64,000 nucleotides of DNA from an uncultured Phycisphaerales bacterium (lineage in GTDB: Bacteria; Planctomycetota; Phycisphaerae; Sedimentisphaerales; Anaerobacaceae): assembly GCA_963718665.1 (NCBI GenBank), contig OY970359.1:1568001-1632000 (forward strand), in the 5' to 3' direction. Numbering within the stretch: the stretch's first letter is position 1; each line of letters opens with the position of its first letter. The position numbers were made by a program, and so were the translations under genes. Below are positions 8,101-18,251 of this stretch, one piece after another. The notes under the pieces were generated by a model. The model did no database searches, was not told where the DNA came from, and worked only from the letters and a program-made list of their open reading frames with translations.

Positions 8101-9465
8101 ATGCTGAAGATATTTTTATGGCTGCGATACCTTAGGAAGAGGAGGGTAGTGCTGCTGAGTATCGCAGCGGTTGCGCTTTCGACGGCGCTTCTGGTAGTTG
8201 TCGCCAGCTTATTCAACGGGTTCATAAACGCATTCGAGCAGAGCGCGGTTGACGGCATGGGAGACGTTGTTTTGTCGCCTGGGAAGAATTTCGCGGGATA
8301 CGCAGAGCTTGAAAAGCGATTGGAGGAGATAAAGCAGGTTGAAGCAACAACTGCGACGCTGTCTGCGCAGGGGCTTTTGCATTTAGGCAGAGGTAATGTT
8401 CGGGCGGCGGAGATTTGGGGGATTGAGCCGGCAAAATTCGGCAAGGTGACGGCGTTTGACAAGTCGCTGCTGAAAACAAAACAGGCGACGTCTGCCGGCA
8501 GCGGAGACATTACGGGTTATGTCGGAATAGGGGTCCTTGCTGAGCCGAATGAGAAAACCGATGAGTATGATGTCAACGGCGCGGAAAGGATGATTGGACA
8601 ACAATTCGTAATTACGACTGGTTCGACTTCGCTCACCACGAGCAGTTCGGCGATTGAAGGGAAAGACAAAGAACCCATCGATTCCACTCAGGGCAGGCAG
8701 AAATTCAGGCGCAAGACCATACAGTTTACGATGGCGGACGCCGTATTTACGGGGATTTATTATTTTGACAGCCGGCTGGTGTATTTGCCAATAGAGCAAT
8801 TGAGCAGGGCGATTTTCCCGGATTCGCAGGAACCGGTTGCCGGCAGGATTCAGATTAAACTTCACAAGGGGGCTGACGCGGCCCTTGCGATAGCGCAGAT
8901 TCGCGGCGTGTGGAAGGTTTTCGCTTCGGAGAAACTCGGGTGGGAGGATTACGACATTCGAGCAACAATGATAGAGACCTCCAGGCAGATGCAAAGCCGA
9001 TACATTGCGGAAATTCGCAAGCAGATGGGGGTTTTGCTTTTGATATTCGGCGTGGTGAGCTTGAGCGCGGTGCTTTTGATATTCTGCATTTTTTATATGA
9101 TTGTCGAGACACGCCGCAAAGACATCGCGATAATGAAAAGCTGCGGGGCCGACAGCGGGTCTATCGCGATGATTTTCGTGGGGTTTGGCGCGTTTGTCGG
9201 GATATTAGGGACATTGCTGGGGACCGCAGCCGGGTACGTAGTTACGAAGAACATCAACGGGGTTGAGGGCTGGATAAGGGTTGCGTTCGGCCTGAAGCTG
9301 TGGAAAGCGAGCGTTTATATGTTCAGCAGAATACCGGCTGAAGTTTACTGGCAGGCGGTCTGGTGGATAGTTTTATCGGCGATACTTGGAGCGATGATTG
9401 GCGCGATTATACCGGCATTGTCGGCAGCGATAACGCGGCCCGTGAACGTTCTCAGATACGAATAG
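8101..9465 (+). CDS. LolC/E-like ABC transporter permease
   Basis: N-terminal TM, large periplasmic domain, KDIAIMKSCGA, FtsX-like C-terminus ending PVNVLRYE. Confidence 0.88.
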   Translation: MLKIFLWLRYLRKRRVVLLSIAAVALSTALLVVVASLFNGFINAFEQSAVDGMGDVVLSPGKNFAGYAELEKRLEEIKQVEATTATLSAQGLLHLGRGNVRAAEIWGIEPAKFGKVTAFDKSLLKTKQATSAGSGDITGYVGIGVLAEPNEKTDEYDVNGAERMIGQQFVITTGSTSLTTSSSAIEGKDKEPIDSTQGRQKFRRKTIQFTMADAVFTGIYYFDSRLVYLPIEQLSRAIFPDSQEPVAGRIQIKLHKGADAALAIAQIRGVWKVFASEKLGWEDYDIRATMIETSRQMQSRYIAEIRKQMGVLLLIFGVVSLSAVLLIFCIFYMIVETRRKDIAIMKSCGADSGSIAMIFVGFGAFVGILGTLLGTAAGYVVTKNINGVEGWIRVAFGLKLWKASVYMFSRIPAEVYWQAVWWIVLSAILGAMIGAIIPALSAAITRPVNVLRYE

Positions 9466-9469
9466 GAAT

Positions 9470-10825
9470 TTGGAATTGTATAAGCTGATATTGGCATCTC
9501 GTTATCTTTATCGCAGGCGGATAAGTTTCCTTGCGCTTGCGGCAGTTGCGCTGTGCGTTTTTATCGTCGTCGTAGTAATGACTGTAATGGACGGGCTGGT
9601 CGGCGATTTCAAACGGAAGAACCATAATTATACGGGCGATTGCGTGGTTGGAACCGAATCGCTTGTCGGGTTTACGTATTACGAGGACTTCGCGGGAATT
9701 ACGGAGAAAGCGGATTACGTTGAAGCCGTAACGCCTGTGATTAAAAGTTACGTTCTTGTGGGAGCGGAAAGCTCATCGCGGAATATCGGTGCGGAATTGA
9801 CGGGGGTTGATGCGGCGGGGTTCAGCAGGGTAACTGGTTTTGGGCGAACGCTGCATTATCATAAAAATGACCCGTCGAAGGCGTTTAATATAAAAGGCGA
9901 CGCGAATCTTCCAGGTTTTGTAATTGGCGTGGACATGTGGATTGGGCGGAACGAAAAAGGCGGATATTATTATGACCCGAATCCCGCGGCGACGGCATTG
10001 TCTGTAACTTGTTTTCCGCTGACGGCCAAGGGCGCGCTCGCCAAGGCAGGGACGGATATGGCGAACACAAAGACGTTTTATTTCAGCGATTGTTCGCAAA
10101 GCGGGCTGGCGAGGGTCGATGGAGCGATTATATATCTGCCGTTTGATGAGGCCCAATTGCTTTGCGGGATGACTGAGCCGGTCAAAAGGGCGTCGTGGAT
10201 TCATATCAAGTTCAAGCAGGGGACAAACATTGAAGAAGGATGCCGGCAGGTTCGCCAGATGTGGGGGAAATTCTACGATGAGTATAAAGGGAAGGATAAC
10301 GCGGATTTGCTTTCGCAGGTGAGCGTGCAGAGCTGGAAGGAGCACAGGAGAGAAAGTATCGCCGGGATGGAAAAAGAACAGGCGATGCTGATGATGATGT
10401 TCGGGCTTGTGGGGCTGACAACGGTGTTTATTGTTTACGTGGTCTTCTATATGATTATCAGTCACAAGACCAAAGACATCGGCATCCTCAAAAGCATAGG
10501 GGCATCGTGCGGCGACGTGATTGTTTTGTTTTTAGGTTTTGCGGCAGGACTCGGCGTTATTGGTTCGGCGGTCGGTGTCGCGGGCGGGATGCTTTTCCTG
10601 CGGAATATAAACAGGATAGAGGGCTGGCTGTTTGAGCGGTTCGGTTTTCAGTTATGGGACCGGACGATTTACGCGATAGGCGAGATACCGCATCGATTAG
10701 ATTTGACGATGTTGGTGGTGGTAACAGGTTGTGCGATTTTGGCGTGTCTGGCGGGCGCTGTGCTGCCCAGTGTTGGAGCGGCGAGGGCCAGGCCGGCGGA
10801 TGTTTTACAGGTGAGCCAGTTATGA
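9470..10825 (+). CDS. LolC/E-like ABC transporter permease, second paralogue
   Basis: KTKDIGILKSIGA; same topology; TTG start. Confidence 0.88.
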   Translation: MELYKLILASRYLYRRRISFLALAAVALCVFIVVVVMTVMDGLVGDFKRKNHNYTGDCVVGTESLVGFTYYEDFAGITEKADYVEAVTPVIKSYVLVGAESSSRNIGAELTGVDAAGFSRVTGFGRTLHYHKNDPSKAFNIKGDANLPGFVIGVDMWIGRNEKGGYYYDPNPAATALSVTCFPLTAKGALAKAGTDMANTKTFYFSDCSQSGLARVDGAIIYLPFDEAQLLCGMTEPVKRASWIHIKFKQGTNIEEGCRQVRQMWGKFYDEYKGKDNADLLSQVSVQSWKEHRRESIAGMEKEQAMLMMMFGLVGLTTVFIVYVVFYMIISHKTKDIGILKSIGASCGDVIVLFLGFAAGLGVIGSAVGVAGGMLFLRNINRIEGWLFERFGFQLWDRTIYAIGEIPHRLDLTMLVVVTGCAILACLAGAVLPSVGAARARPADVLQVSQL

Positions 10826-11517
10826 GCAAAGATGAATTTATAATAGAGGCACAAGGGGTTCATAAATCATACCGGATGGGAGCGGCGCAGGTGCAGGTTT
10901 TGAAGGGGGCCGACATCGCGGTCAAAAGAGGTGAGTTTGTGGCGATAGTCGGCGCGTCGGGCAGCGGCAAAAGCACGCTGCTGCATATACTTGGCGCTCT
11001 TGACAGGCCTGATAAGGGGGTTGTGCGGTTTGAAGGGCGGGACCTGAGCGGGATGGGCGGGGGTGAGCTGAACGAATACCGCAATAAAATGATTGGGTTT
11101 GTCTTTCAGTTTTACCATTTGTTGGACGAATTAAATGTGTTGGAAAACGTGATTTTGCCCGCGATGGTGCCCGCAGGTATAATTGGGTGGATGTCAAAGC
11201 GGGCAGGCGTTAAAAAGCGGGGGCTGGAGCTGCTGAAAGCAGTTGGTCTTGAACAAAGGGCGACGCATAAGCCGTATCAGTTATCGGGCGGGGAACGGCA
11301 AAGGGCGGCGATTGGGCGTGCCCTTATCAACGAGCCGAGGTTGCTATTGGCGGATGAGCCGACAGGTAATCTTGACTCTGCTACAGGAAATGGTATTCTG
11401 GAGTTGCTGGAAAGATTGAATCGTGCGGGTCAGACGATAGTTATGGTAACGCACGATGAAAGGGTTGCCCGGCGGGCGGGTCGGACAATAACGCTGGCTG
11501 ACGGCAAAGTCAAGTGA
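10822..11517 (+). CDS. lolD: LolD-like ABC ATPase
   Basis: GASGSGKST, LSGGERQR, LLLADEPTGNLD; ATG at 10822 overlaps the upstream stop. Confidence 0.88.
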   Translation: MSKDEFIIEAQGVHKSYRMGAAQVQVLKGADIAVKRGEFVAIVGASGSGKSTLLHILGALDRPDKGVVRFEGRDLSGMGGGELNEYRNKMIGFVFQFYHLLDELNVLENVILPAMVPAGIIGWMSKRAGVKKRGLELLKAVGLEQRATHKPYQLSGGERQRAAIGRALINEPRLLLADEPTGNLDSATGNGILELLERLNRAGQTIVMVTHDERVARRAGRTITLADGKVK

Positions 11518-11559
11518 TTTTGGCGATTGTGGTCGCCGCAAAATACTGGGAAAAGATGT

Positions 11560-12426
11560 ATGGCATTAAAGATTTGGCTTGGCGATAAACTTGTTGATGA
11601 GCAGGACGCGAAGATATCCGTCTTCGACCACGGGATGCTTTACGGAGACGGTGTATTCGAGGGGATACGGATTTATAACAAGAAGATATTCGAGTTCGAG
11701 GCGCATATCACGCGTCTTTACAACTCTGCGAAAGGGATTCGCCTGGATATACCGATGAGCCGGGAAAAGCTTATGGAGGCGACGCAAAAGACGGTTGAGG
11801 CCAACGGGGTTATCGATGGCTACATCCGGCTGGTTGTTACTCGCGGCGTGGGGTCGCTGGGGCTGAATCCGTTTACCTGCGAGACGCCGATGGTGTTCAT
11901 CATCGCGGACAATATCCAGTTGTATCCGCAGGAGCTATATGAGAAGGGGATGAAGATAATCAGCGCGACGACGGTGCGCAATCATCCGCTGGCAATACCG
12001 CCGCAGGTGAAGAGCTTGAATTACCTGAATAACATCCTCGCGAAGATTGAGGCGCTGGATAACGACGTTCCTGAAGCGATAATGTATAACCACGAGGGAT
12101 ACGTTGCGGAGGCGACCGGCGACAACGTGTTTACGGTGAGGAAAGGCGTTGTATATACGCCGCCCGCGGAGGCAGGCGGTCTTGAGGGGATAACGCGAGA
12201 AGTTGTTATTCGACTGGCGAAAAAAGAAGGCATCGAAGTAATCGAGAAGAACCTGACGAGGTTTGATTTGTATATCAGCGACGAGGTATTTTTGACCGGG
12301 ACGGCGGCGGAGGTCATCGGCATAGTTGAGATAGACGGCCGGGTAATCGGCGACGGCAAGCCGGGACCTGTCACGAAACATCTCAGGGACAAGTTCTTCC
12401 GGTACGCACACGGAAAGGAGAAGTAG
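11560..12426 (+). CDS. ilvE: Branched-chain amino acid aminotransferase
   Basis: DHGMLYGDGVFEG, VKSLNYLNN, LEGITR, GTAAEV. Confidence 0.94.
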   Translation: MALKIWLGDKLVDEQDAKISVFDHGMLYGDGVFEGIRIYNKKIFEFEAHITRLYNSAKGIRLDIPMSREKLMEATQKTVEANGVIDGYIRLVVTRGVGSLGLNPFTCETPMVFIIADNIQLYPQELYEKGMKIISATTVRNHPLAIPPQVKSLNYLNNILAKIEALDNDVPEAIMYNHEGYVAEATGDNVFTVRKGVVYTPPAEAGGLEGITREVVIRLAKKEGIEVIEKNLTRFDLYISDEVFLTGTAAEVIGIVEIDGRVIGDGKPGPVTKHLRDKFFRYAHGKEK

Positions 12427-12486
12427 TCCCTGCTGTCCCCCTGCTTTCTTGCGAAAGCAAGAAGGGGGCAAGACGCGGGGGTTACG
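12427..12486. repeat. Nested REP-like palindrome
   Basis: tccctgc[ccccctgc-tttcttgc-gaaa-gcaagaa-ggggg-caag]gcgggggttacg. Confidence 0.6.
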
Positions 12487-12496
12487 GGTCGGCGCA

Positions 12497-13519
12497 ATGC
12501 AATCATCTGCAAAAACGGGCGTCGCTTCGGCGAAGGGTTCAAACGCTGCAGGTCGTTCACCTGGCGTTTTTTCTGTTATCGAATCCGAGTTATCGCGCGT
12601 GAAGACGCTTATTGAGAGGGATTTGTCTGATTGCGGCGAGCCGATTCATGGTCTGGTTGCCTGCGTGAATGCCGGTAAGGGCAAGATGATAAGGCCGGGG
12701 CTGGTGTTGCTGTCTGGTCTTGCGTGCGGGGGGGTAACGGAAAAGCACATTCGGTCGGCGGCGATATTCGAGATTATACATAACGCGACGCTTTTGCATG
12801 ACGACGTTGTGGATGAGGGTAAAAGCCGACGCGGAGTCCCCACGGTTAACAGTATTCACGGGAATGAGTCGGCGGTTTTATTAGGGGATTTTTTGCTTGG
12901 CCGGGTCATCAGGATGTGCGTGGGGCTGGGAGACCGGGTGTCAGAAATAATAGCCGTGGCGTCGATGCGGACCTGCGAAGGTGAGCTTAGGCAGATATCA
13001 CAGAGGGGCAACTGGTTGCTGAGCGAGCCGGAATATATCGAGATAATAGCGGGAAAGACGGCGGCGTTGTTTGAGGGGGCGTGCGCGGTGGGGGCCGTTC
13101 TTGCGGGGGCGGATGAATTGACGGTGCAGGCATTGGCGTCTTATGGACGCAACGTCGGCATCTCGTTTCAGATTACCGATGATTTGCTTGATTTGGTCGG
13201 CGAGCAGGACAAGACGGGTAAGCCCGCGGGCAATGACCTTGACCGCGATAAACTGACGCTGCCGCTCATTCATTTATTAAAAACCGCAGGCGAAGCGGAA
13301 AAACTAAAGGTAAAACAGATTCTGTCGCGGCAAAATGGAGACGCCGGCAGAATGGATTTAATAGAAAAGCTAAATACCTGCGGAAGTATCGAATATGCGA
13401 GGAAACGTGCGGAGGAGTTTGTCGGGCAGGCGATTACGGCAATAGCGGGAGTTGGGGATAACAGGGGCAGCAAGTCGCTTGTCGAAACGGCAAGATTTAT
13501 CACCAGTCGGACATCCTGA
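12497..13519 (+). CDS. ispB: Polyprenyl diphosphate synthase (IspB-like)
   Basis: GKMIRP, LLHDDVVD..RRG, GKTA, FQITDDLLD; start uncertain. Confidence 0.85.
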   Translation: MQSSAKTGVASAKGSNAAGRSPGVFSVIESELSRVKTLIERDLSDCGEPIHGLVACVNAGKGKMIRPGLVLLSGLACGGVTEKHIRSAAIFEIIHNATLLHDDVVDEGKSRRGVPTVNSIHGNESAVLLGDFLLGRVIRMCVGLGDRVSEIIAVASMRTCEGELRQISQRGNWLLSEPEYIEIIAGKTAALFEGACAVGAVLAGADELTVQALASYGRNVGISFQITDDLLDLVGEQDKTGKPAGNDLDRDKLTLPLIHLLKTAGEAEKLKVKQILSRQNGDAGRMDLIEKLNTCGSIEYARKRAEEFVGQAITAIAGVGDNRGSKSLVETARFITSRTS

Positions 13520-13540
13520 GAGATTTATCAGCTTTAAATG

Positions 13541-13572
13541 AAAAAGGCCGGCTTGTTTAAGCCGGCCTTTTT
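13541..13572. terminator. Bidirectional intrinsic terminator
   Basis: aaaaaggccggctt-gttt-aagccggccttttt between convergent genes. Confidence 0.9.
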
Positions 13573-13597
13573 GGTTTTGAACACAGAGAAGCTGTTT

Positions 13598-14458
13598 TTA
13601 GAATTTGTACTTTATGGTCAAGGTTGCCCATGTGATGTCATGTTTGGGGGAAACGCCCTTGTTCCCGTCATCTTCCATAGTAATCTGCTCATTGATTCCC
13701 GGTGTGAATATGAAGTTGCTGCCGAGGTCGAAGTCGGTCGAGACGCCCATTACAAAATCGGTCCAGTCACTGCTGGTATAGCCGCCGTATGGTCTGGGGT
13801 CAATATGGTTATTATAGACCAACTCTGTATGGAAGTCGAGGTTCTGCTTGGGAATTTCAGGAGTGATATTCTCGAGAGGCAGGGCATAGTTGAGCATAAA
13901 GACGTGGGCCCAACCTGAAGCGGAGCCGCCGTTAGGATTGCCGGCTCCAACCACTGTATCGCTCATTGAGGGCCACACCTTGATGATGCAGTAAGCCGGG
14001 ACGAGGCCTTTTATGCCTGTGATGTCAGGCCAGGAGAACAGGACGTTGAATTCCTGGAGGTCGATGGATGTAGCGGAGTGGCGTGCGTCCGTATCCGGAA
14101 AGTTGTAATAGACATAGCTAACTTTGTAATCGGTTTCTAATGGATCACCAGCGACAATCTTGTTCTGATAGAACAGGGTGTAATCGGTTCGTTGTTCTTG
14201 CGAATAGCCGAGGGGGCCGTTGTTGCCGGTTCCATTGGCCATATGATCCTCGATGCTCATACCAAAGCCAGAACCAAAGAAGTCGAGGTCGACAAATAGA
14301 TTGCTGCCACTATGTTGCCCCCATGTCATGAAACCTCTCCAGACTTGCATACTGTTGTATGTGTAACCGAAATCGCCGTGGAGGTCGCCTTCCTGGGCGA
14401 GCACCGGGGCAACCATACCAAACAGAATCGCAACTACTAACAAGACACACTTTTTCAT
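13598..14458 (-). CDS. Putative outer-membrane beta-barrel protein
   Basis: Signal peptide MKKCVLLVVAILFGMVAPVLA after AAGGAG RBS; alternating aromatic strands; C-terminal LTIKYKF. Confidence 0.65.
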   Translation of the reverse strand: MKKCVLLVVAILFGMVAPVLAQEGDLHGDFGYTYNSMQVWRGFMTWGQHSGSNLFVDLDFFGSGFGMSIEDHMANGTGNNGPLGYSQEQRTDYTLFYQNKIVAGDPLETDYKVSYVYYNFPDTDARHSATSIDLQEFNVLFSWPDITGIKGLVPAYCIIKVWPSMSDTVVGAGNPNGGSASGWAHVFMLNYALPLENITPEIPKQNLDFHTELVYNNHIDPRPYGGYTSSDWTDFVMGVSTDFDLGSNFIFTPGINEQITMEDDGNKGVSPKHDITWATLTIKYKF

Positions 14459-14707
14459 TGTATTGGTCTCCTTAAAAAATACCCTCAACATACTTATTTT
14501 ACTATGTTTTCGTCCGTTCCGTCGGCACCGCACCGAGGGCGATAAAACAGTATATCAACACTGATAAGTGAGGCAAGCACAAATTCATTTTTTTTGCCTG
14601 CATTCCCATAAGAGCCGTAATTCCGTTCAGACGGCCTTACAAACAACTATATTATCGGGCTATTCCTTGAAATATCTTTAATTTAGCTGTTTACGCTGTC
14701 AAGGAAA

Positions 14708-16096
14708 TTACCATTTTCCGGTTTTTTTCGCCTCTGCCTTGGGGAAGTTTTTCAGTGGAGCGGTGAATTTTTTGAGGTCTTCTTCGGGCAGTTCGTAATC
14801 GGTTAGTTTTCCAGACAAAAAGGCGTCGTAGCCGGAGAGGTCCATAAGGCCGTGGCCGCTGTAGTTGAACAGGATGACCTTTTCCTTGCCTTCTTCCCTG
14901 GCTTTGATGGCTTCGTCGATTGTAGCGGCAATCGCGTGGCTGGTCTCGGGTGCGCAGATAAACCCTTCGGTTTTCGCCCAGGTAAGCGCCGCCTGGTAAC
15001 ACTTGGTCTGCGGATATGCCTTTGGTTCGAGCAATCCCTCTACGATTGACTGACTGACCAGAGGCGCCATACCGTGATAACGGAGACCACCAGCGTGAAT
15101 GGGGGCGGGGATAAAGGTATGGCCTATTGTGTACATCGCGAGCAAGGGTGTCGTTCCCGCCGTGTCGCCGAAGTCGTATGCGAAAGGTCCGCGCGTCATA
15201 GAAGGGCAGGAGCTTGGTTCAATGGGCATAATTTTGATGTTTGCGCCGTTGATTTTGTCTGTGACGAACGGGAATGAAAGGCCGGCGAAGTTTGAGCCGC
15301 CGCCCGCGCAGCCGATGATGATATCGACTTTCTTTTCGCCCGCGGTTTTGAGCTGCTGTTTGGCTTCGAGGCCGATGATTGTCTGATGGAGCAGAACGTG
15401 GTTTAAGACACTTCCGAGCGAATAGCGTGTTTTACCTGACTTATCGGTTACGGTTTGCTCGATTGCTTCGCTGATGGCGATACCGAGTGAGCCGGGGGTA
15501 TCGGGCATTTCTTTGAGGATTTTTCTACCGGCGTTTGTTTCGTTACTCGGGCTTGCGACGCAATTAGCGCCCCAGACCTGCATCATAAGTTTTCTGAAGG
15601 GCTTCTGGTCGAAGCTGATACGTACCATAAAGACCTTGCATTCGAGACCAATCAACTGGCAGGCAAAGGCAAGCGCGCTACCCCACTGGCCTGCGCCTGT
15701 TTCGGTGACGAGCCGTTTTATGCCGAACTGTTTATTATACCAGGCCTGCGGGACAGCAGTATTTGGCTTGTGGCTACCCGGGGGGCTGGTGCTTTCGTCT
15801 TTGTAGTATATGCGGGCCGGGGTTTTGAGGAACCTTTCGAGGTAAACCGCCCTTCGCAGCGGTGCCGGTCGCCACCTGTAGAGGATATCGAGGATTTCCT
15901 CGGGGATATCAATCCAGCGTTTTGTGCTGACTTCCTGCTCGATGAGGTTCATCGGGAAGACCGGCGCCAGCATTTCGGGGCCGATGGGCTTGCCATCAGG
16001 GCCCAGAGGCGGCAGCAGCGGGGTCGGCAGGTCGGCGGCGAGGTTGTACCATTTGCGGGGTATGTCTTTTTCTTTCAGATGAATTTTAACTTCCAT
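14708..16096 (-). CDS. trpB2: TrpB-like PLP enzyme (TrpB2)
   Basis: [35 protein letters not shown]. Confidence 0.93.
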   Translation of the reverse strand: MEVKIHLKEKDIPRKWYNLAADLPTPLLPPLGPDGKPIGPEMLAPVFPMNLIEQEVSTKRWIDIPEEILDILYRWRPAPLRRAVYLERFLKTPARIYYKDESTSPPGSHKPNTAVPQAWYNKQFGIKRLVTETGAGQWGSALAFACQLIGLECKVFMVRISFDQKPFRKLMMQVWGANCVASPSNETNAGRKILKEMPDTPGSLGIAISEAIEQTVTDKSGKTRYSLGSVLNHVLLHQTIIGLEAKQQLKTAGEKKVDIIIGCAGGGSNFAGLSFPFVTDKINGANIKIMPIEPSSCPSMTRGPFAYDFGDTAGTTPLLAMYTIGHTFIPAPIHAGGLRYHGMAPLVSQSIVEGLLEPKAYPQTKCYQAALTWAKTEGFICAPETSHAIAATIDEAIKAREEGKEKVILFNYSGHGLMDLSGYDAFLSGKLTDYELPEEDLKKFTAPLKNFPKAEAKKTGKW

Positions 16097-16212
16097 TTTT
16101 ACTCTCCTATCGGACTGCGGTTACGTTTAATAACACGGGTAAGTGCCTTTATTGCTAAAATATTAGGGTCCATCTGTCAAGAAGATTTATTCGCGATTTT
16201 TTGGGGTTTTCG

Positions 16213-16236
16213 CTTGCCCTGAGCATCGTCGAAGGG
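16213..16236. repeat. REP-like element of the CCCTTCGAC..GCTCAGGGCAAG type
   Basis: cttgccctgagcatcgtcgaaggg; relatives at 56950-56972, 8619-8642, 8674-8697. Confidence 0.65.
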
Positions 16237-16414
16237 TCTGAAAATATGTCGTCGAATTGAAGTTGAAAAAGTCATTATTGACAGCGAAGCAGCGATTACC
16301 TATAACCATTGAAAAAGTAAGTTGCAATGGTGTGTGGGAATACATATACACCGATAATGAAATGCTAATCTTTATAATCTGTGATATGCTTCCGTAAAAG
16401 AGAGGATAAGCGTT

Positions 16415-17182
16415 GTGAACAGAATAACCCTGAAAATACCGGAAGAATCGCCCGACTATGGTGAGTGCTCTGATTTCGTAGTTGGTCAAATTTCCAATAT
16501 CATAAAAAATGCTATAGACACTAAGAACAACCGCATTTTTATTCATACCAACTTAAAGCGAGGCCTACCCTTGGAGAATATCAACAAGGTTGCCGGTCCC
16601 TTTGTTGAAGCGTGGGCACTAGAGAAGTTTGAGGATATCGTTGCTGATCCAAAGAATCAGTATCAACTGATTAATGTCCAAGCAGGTCGAAGATTAGACC
16701 CCTTTGACATTATTCTACAATTCAAACGAAAGAAGAATAACAACCAATACGCATCAGCCAATATCGATGTTAAGGCGACATCGGAAGATATCAAGACATC
16801 AGGCCGAAGCCCCAACATTACCTCATATGCGAGAATTCGGACCGAATACTTGGGGGACCCTGATTATATTTTTGTGATCCTTTCACTTAAACATAGGGTA
16901 TATGGCGAGAGAGAGCCGAAGACTGGGATGACGAACGGTATTATGGAGGTTGTGGGGCAGTCGGTCTATGATTTGAAATTCATCGGTAAATCCGACATTA
17001 GTTACAATCCTGCTTTGGGCACAGGTCAGATTCAAATTCGTGATATCCATTACGTGGAAATTCAACGCCGCACTGCCCGTGAATTCATTAAGATACTTGA
17101 TGAGAAATTCATTCGTTCTCAAGGCAAGGATGTCTGGCTTGAAATGGCACGTAAAAACGAATGGGTTAAAGAGACGGAATGA
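16415..17182 (+). CDS. Putative type II restriction endonuclease
   Basis: PFD...NIDVK PD-(D/E)XK-like motif; coupled to a DNA methyltransferase; AT-richer. Confidence 0.7.
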   Translation: MNRITLKIPEESPDYGECSDFVVGQISNIIKNAIDTKNNRIFIHTNLKRGLPLENINKVAGPFVEAWALEKFEDIVADPKNQYQLINVQAGRRLDPFDIILQFKRKKNNNQYASANIDVKATSEDIKTSGRSPNITSYARIRTEYLGDPDYIFVILSLKHRVYGEREPKTGMTNGIMEVVGQSVYDLKFIGKSDISYNPALGTGQIQIRDIHYVEIQRRTAREFIKILDEKFIRSQGKDVWLEMARKNEWVKETE

Positions 17183-18042
17183 TCAAAACTAACCAGCTTA
17201 TTTGCGGAGACGCTTGTGTTGAGCTTGGTAAACTGCCAAGTGAAAGCGTTGATCTTGTTATCGCCGATCCCCCTTACAACCTTGGCAAAGATTATGGCAA
17301 TAATATAGATCTGAAGGCTTGGCATGAATACGAGGATTTTACCCGTAAATGGTTGTGGGAAATAAAACGCATACTAAAGTCCACAGGGACACTATATGTA
17401 TTTATGGGAGTACGATTCATTTCCAAATTATTTCTGATCCTTGATGAGGAAATGCATTTTATTTTTAACGGATGGATTACATGGCACTACACACAAGGAA
17501 TGGGAAGAAAGCAGGGATTTTCACCTCGCCATGAGGATATTTTATATTTCACTAAGACCGACGATTTTGTTTTCCACTTGGATGACGTAAGAATACCTCA
17601 GAAGTACTATCGCATGCGAAACAATATGCAAGGCGCAAACCCAGGTGATGTATGGGAATTCTCACATGTGCATTTTTGCAGTGCCGAGCGAGAGAAACAT
17701 CCAACACAAAAACCAGAGGCGCTTATCGAGCGAATGATTCTCGCGAGTTCCAGCAAAGGGGATATAGTTATAGATCCGTTTGTCGGGAGTGGAACTACTT
17801 GTCGCGTTTCACAAATTCTTGGTCGCAAATGGGTCGGTATTGATATCAATCCAGCTTATATCGAAATGACAAAAACGAGAATCTCAAAGCCTTACGATGG
17901 GTTTGATTCTTATGATCCACGCACGGAAAGAACTCCTCGCGATCTGCCTTCAATTACGGCCAATAAGCAGATGGTTTTTCTTGAGGAACACGGGAGCAGC
18001 CATTCACACTTCGCTCACAAATCTACGCAGGGCAAGCAGTAG
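17179..18042 (+). CDS. Site-specific DNA methyltransferase, beta class (N4-C/N6-A)
   Basis: DPPY precedes HPTQKP and DPFVGSGT. Confidence 0.93.
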   Translation: MIKTNQLICGDACVELGKLPSESVDLVIADPPYNLGKDYGNNIDLKAWHEYEDFTRKWLWEIKRILKSTGTLYVFMGVRFISKLFLILDEEMHFIFNGWITWHYTQGMGRKQGFSPRHEDILYFTKTDDFVFHLDDVRIPQKYYRMRNNMQGANPGDVWEFSHVHFCSAEREKHPTQKPEALIERMILASSSKGDIVIDPFVGSGTTCRVSQILGRKWVGIDINPAYIEMTKTRISKPYDGFDSYDPRTERTPRDLPSITANKQMVFLEEHGSSHSHFAHKSTQGKQ

Positions 18043-18251
18043 GAAGGCGACAAAATTCGCTATGCGCTAGATGCTGTCCGCGGTCCTATCTTTATCTGGC
18101 CAGCACAAAATCTTGTCCTACTTTGTCTAACAACGTTTTTTAGCTTAAAAATGATACTTAGGCATACTTAGACATAGTTAGACAACAGTATTGAATGAAT
18201 AACTTGGCAGGTAAGTCGACAGCAATAGGAGGCAAGCGTATAATAGCGGCA

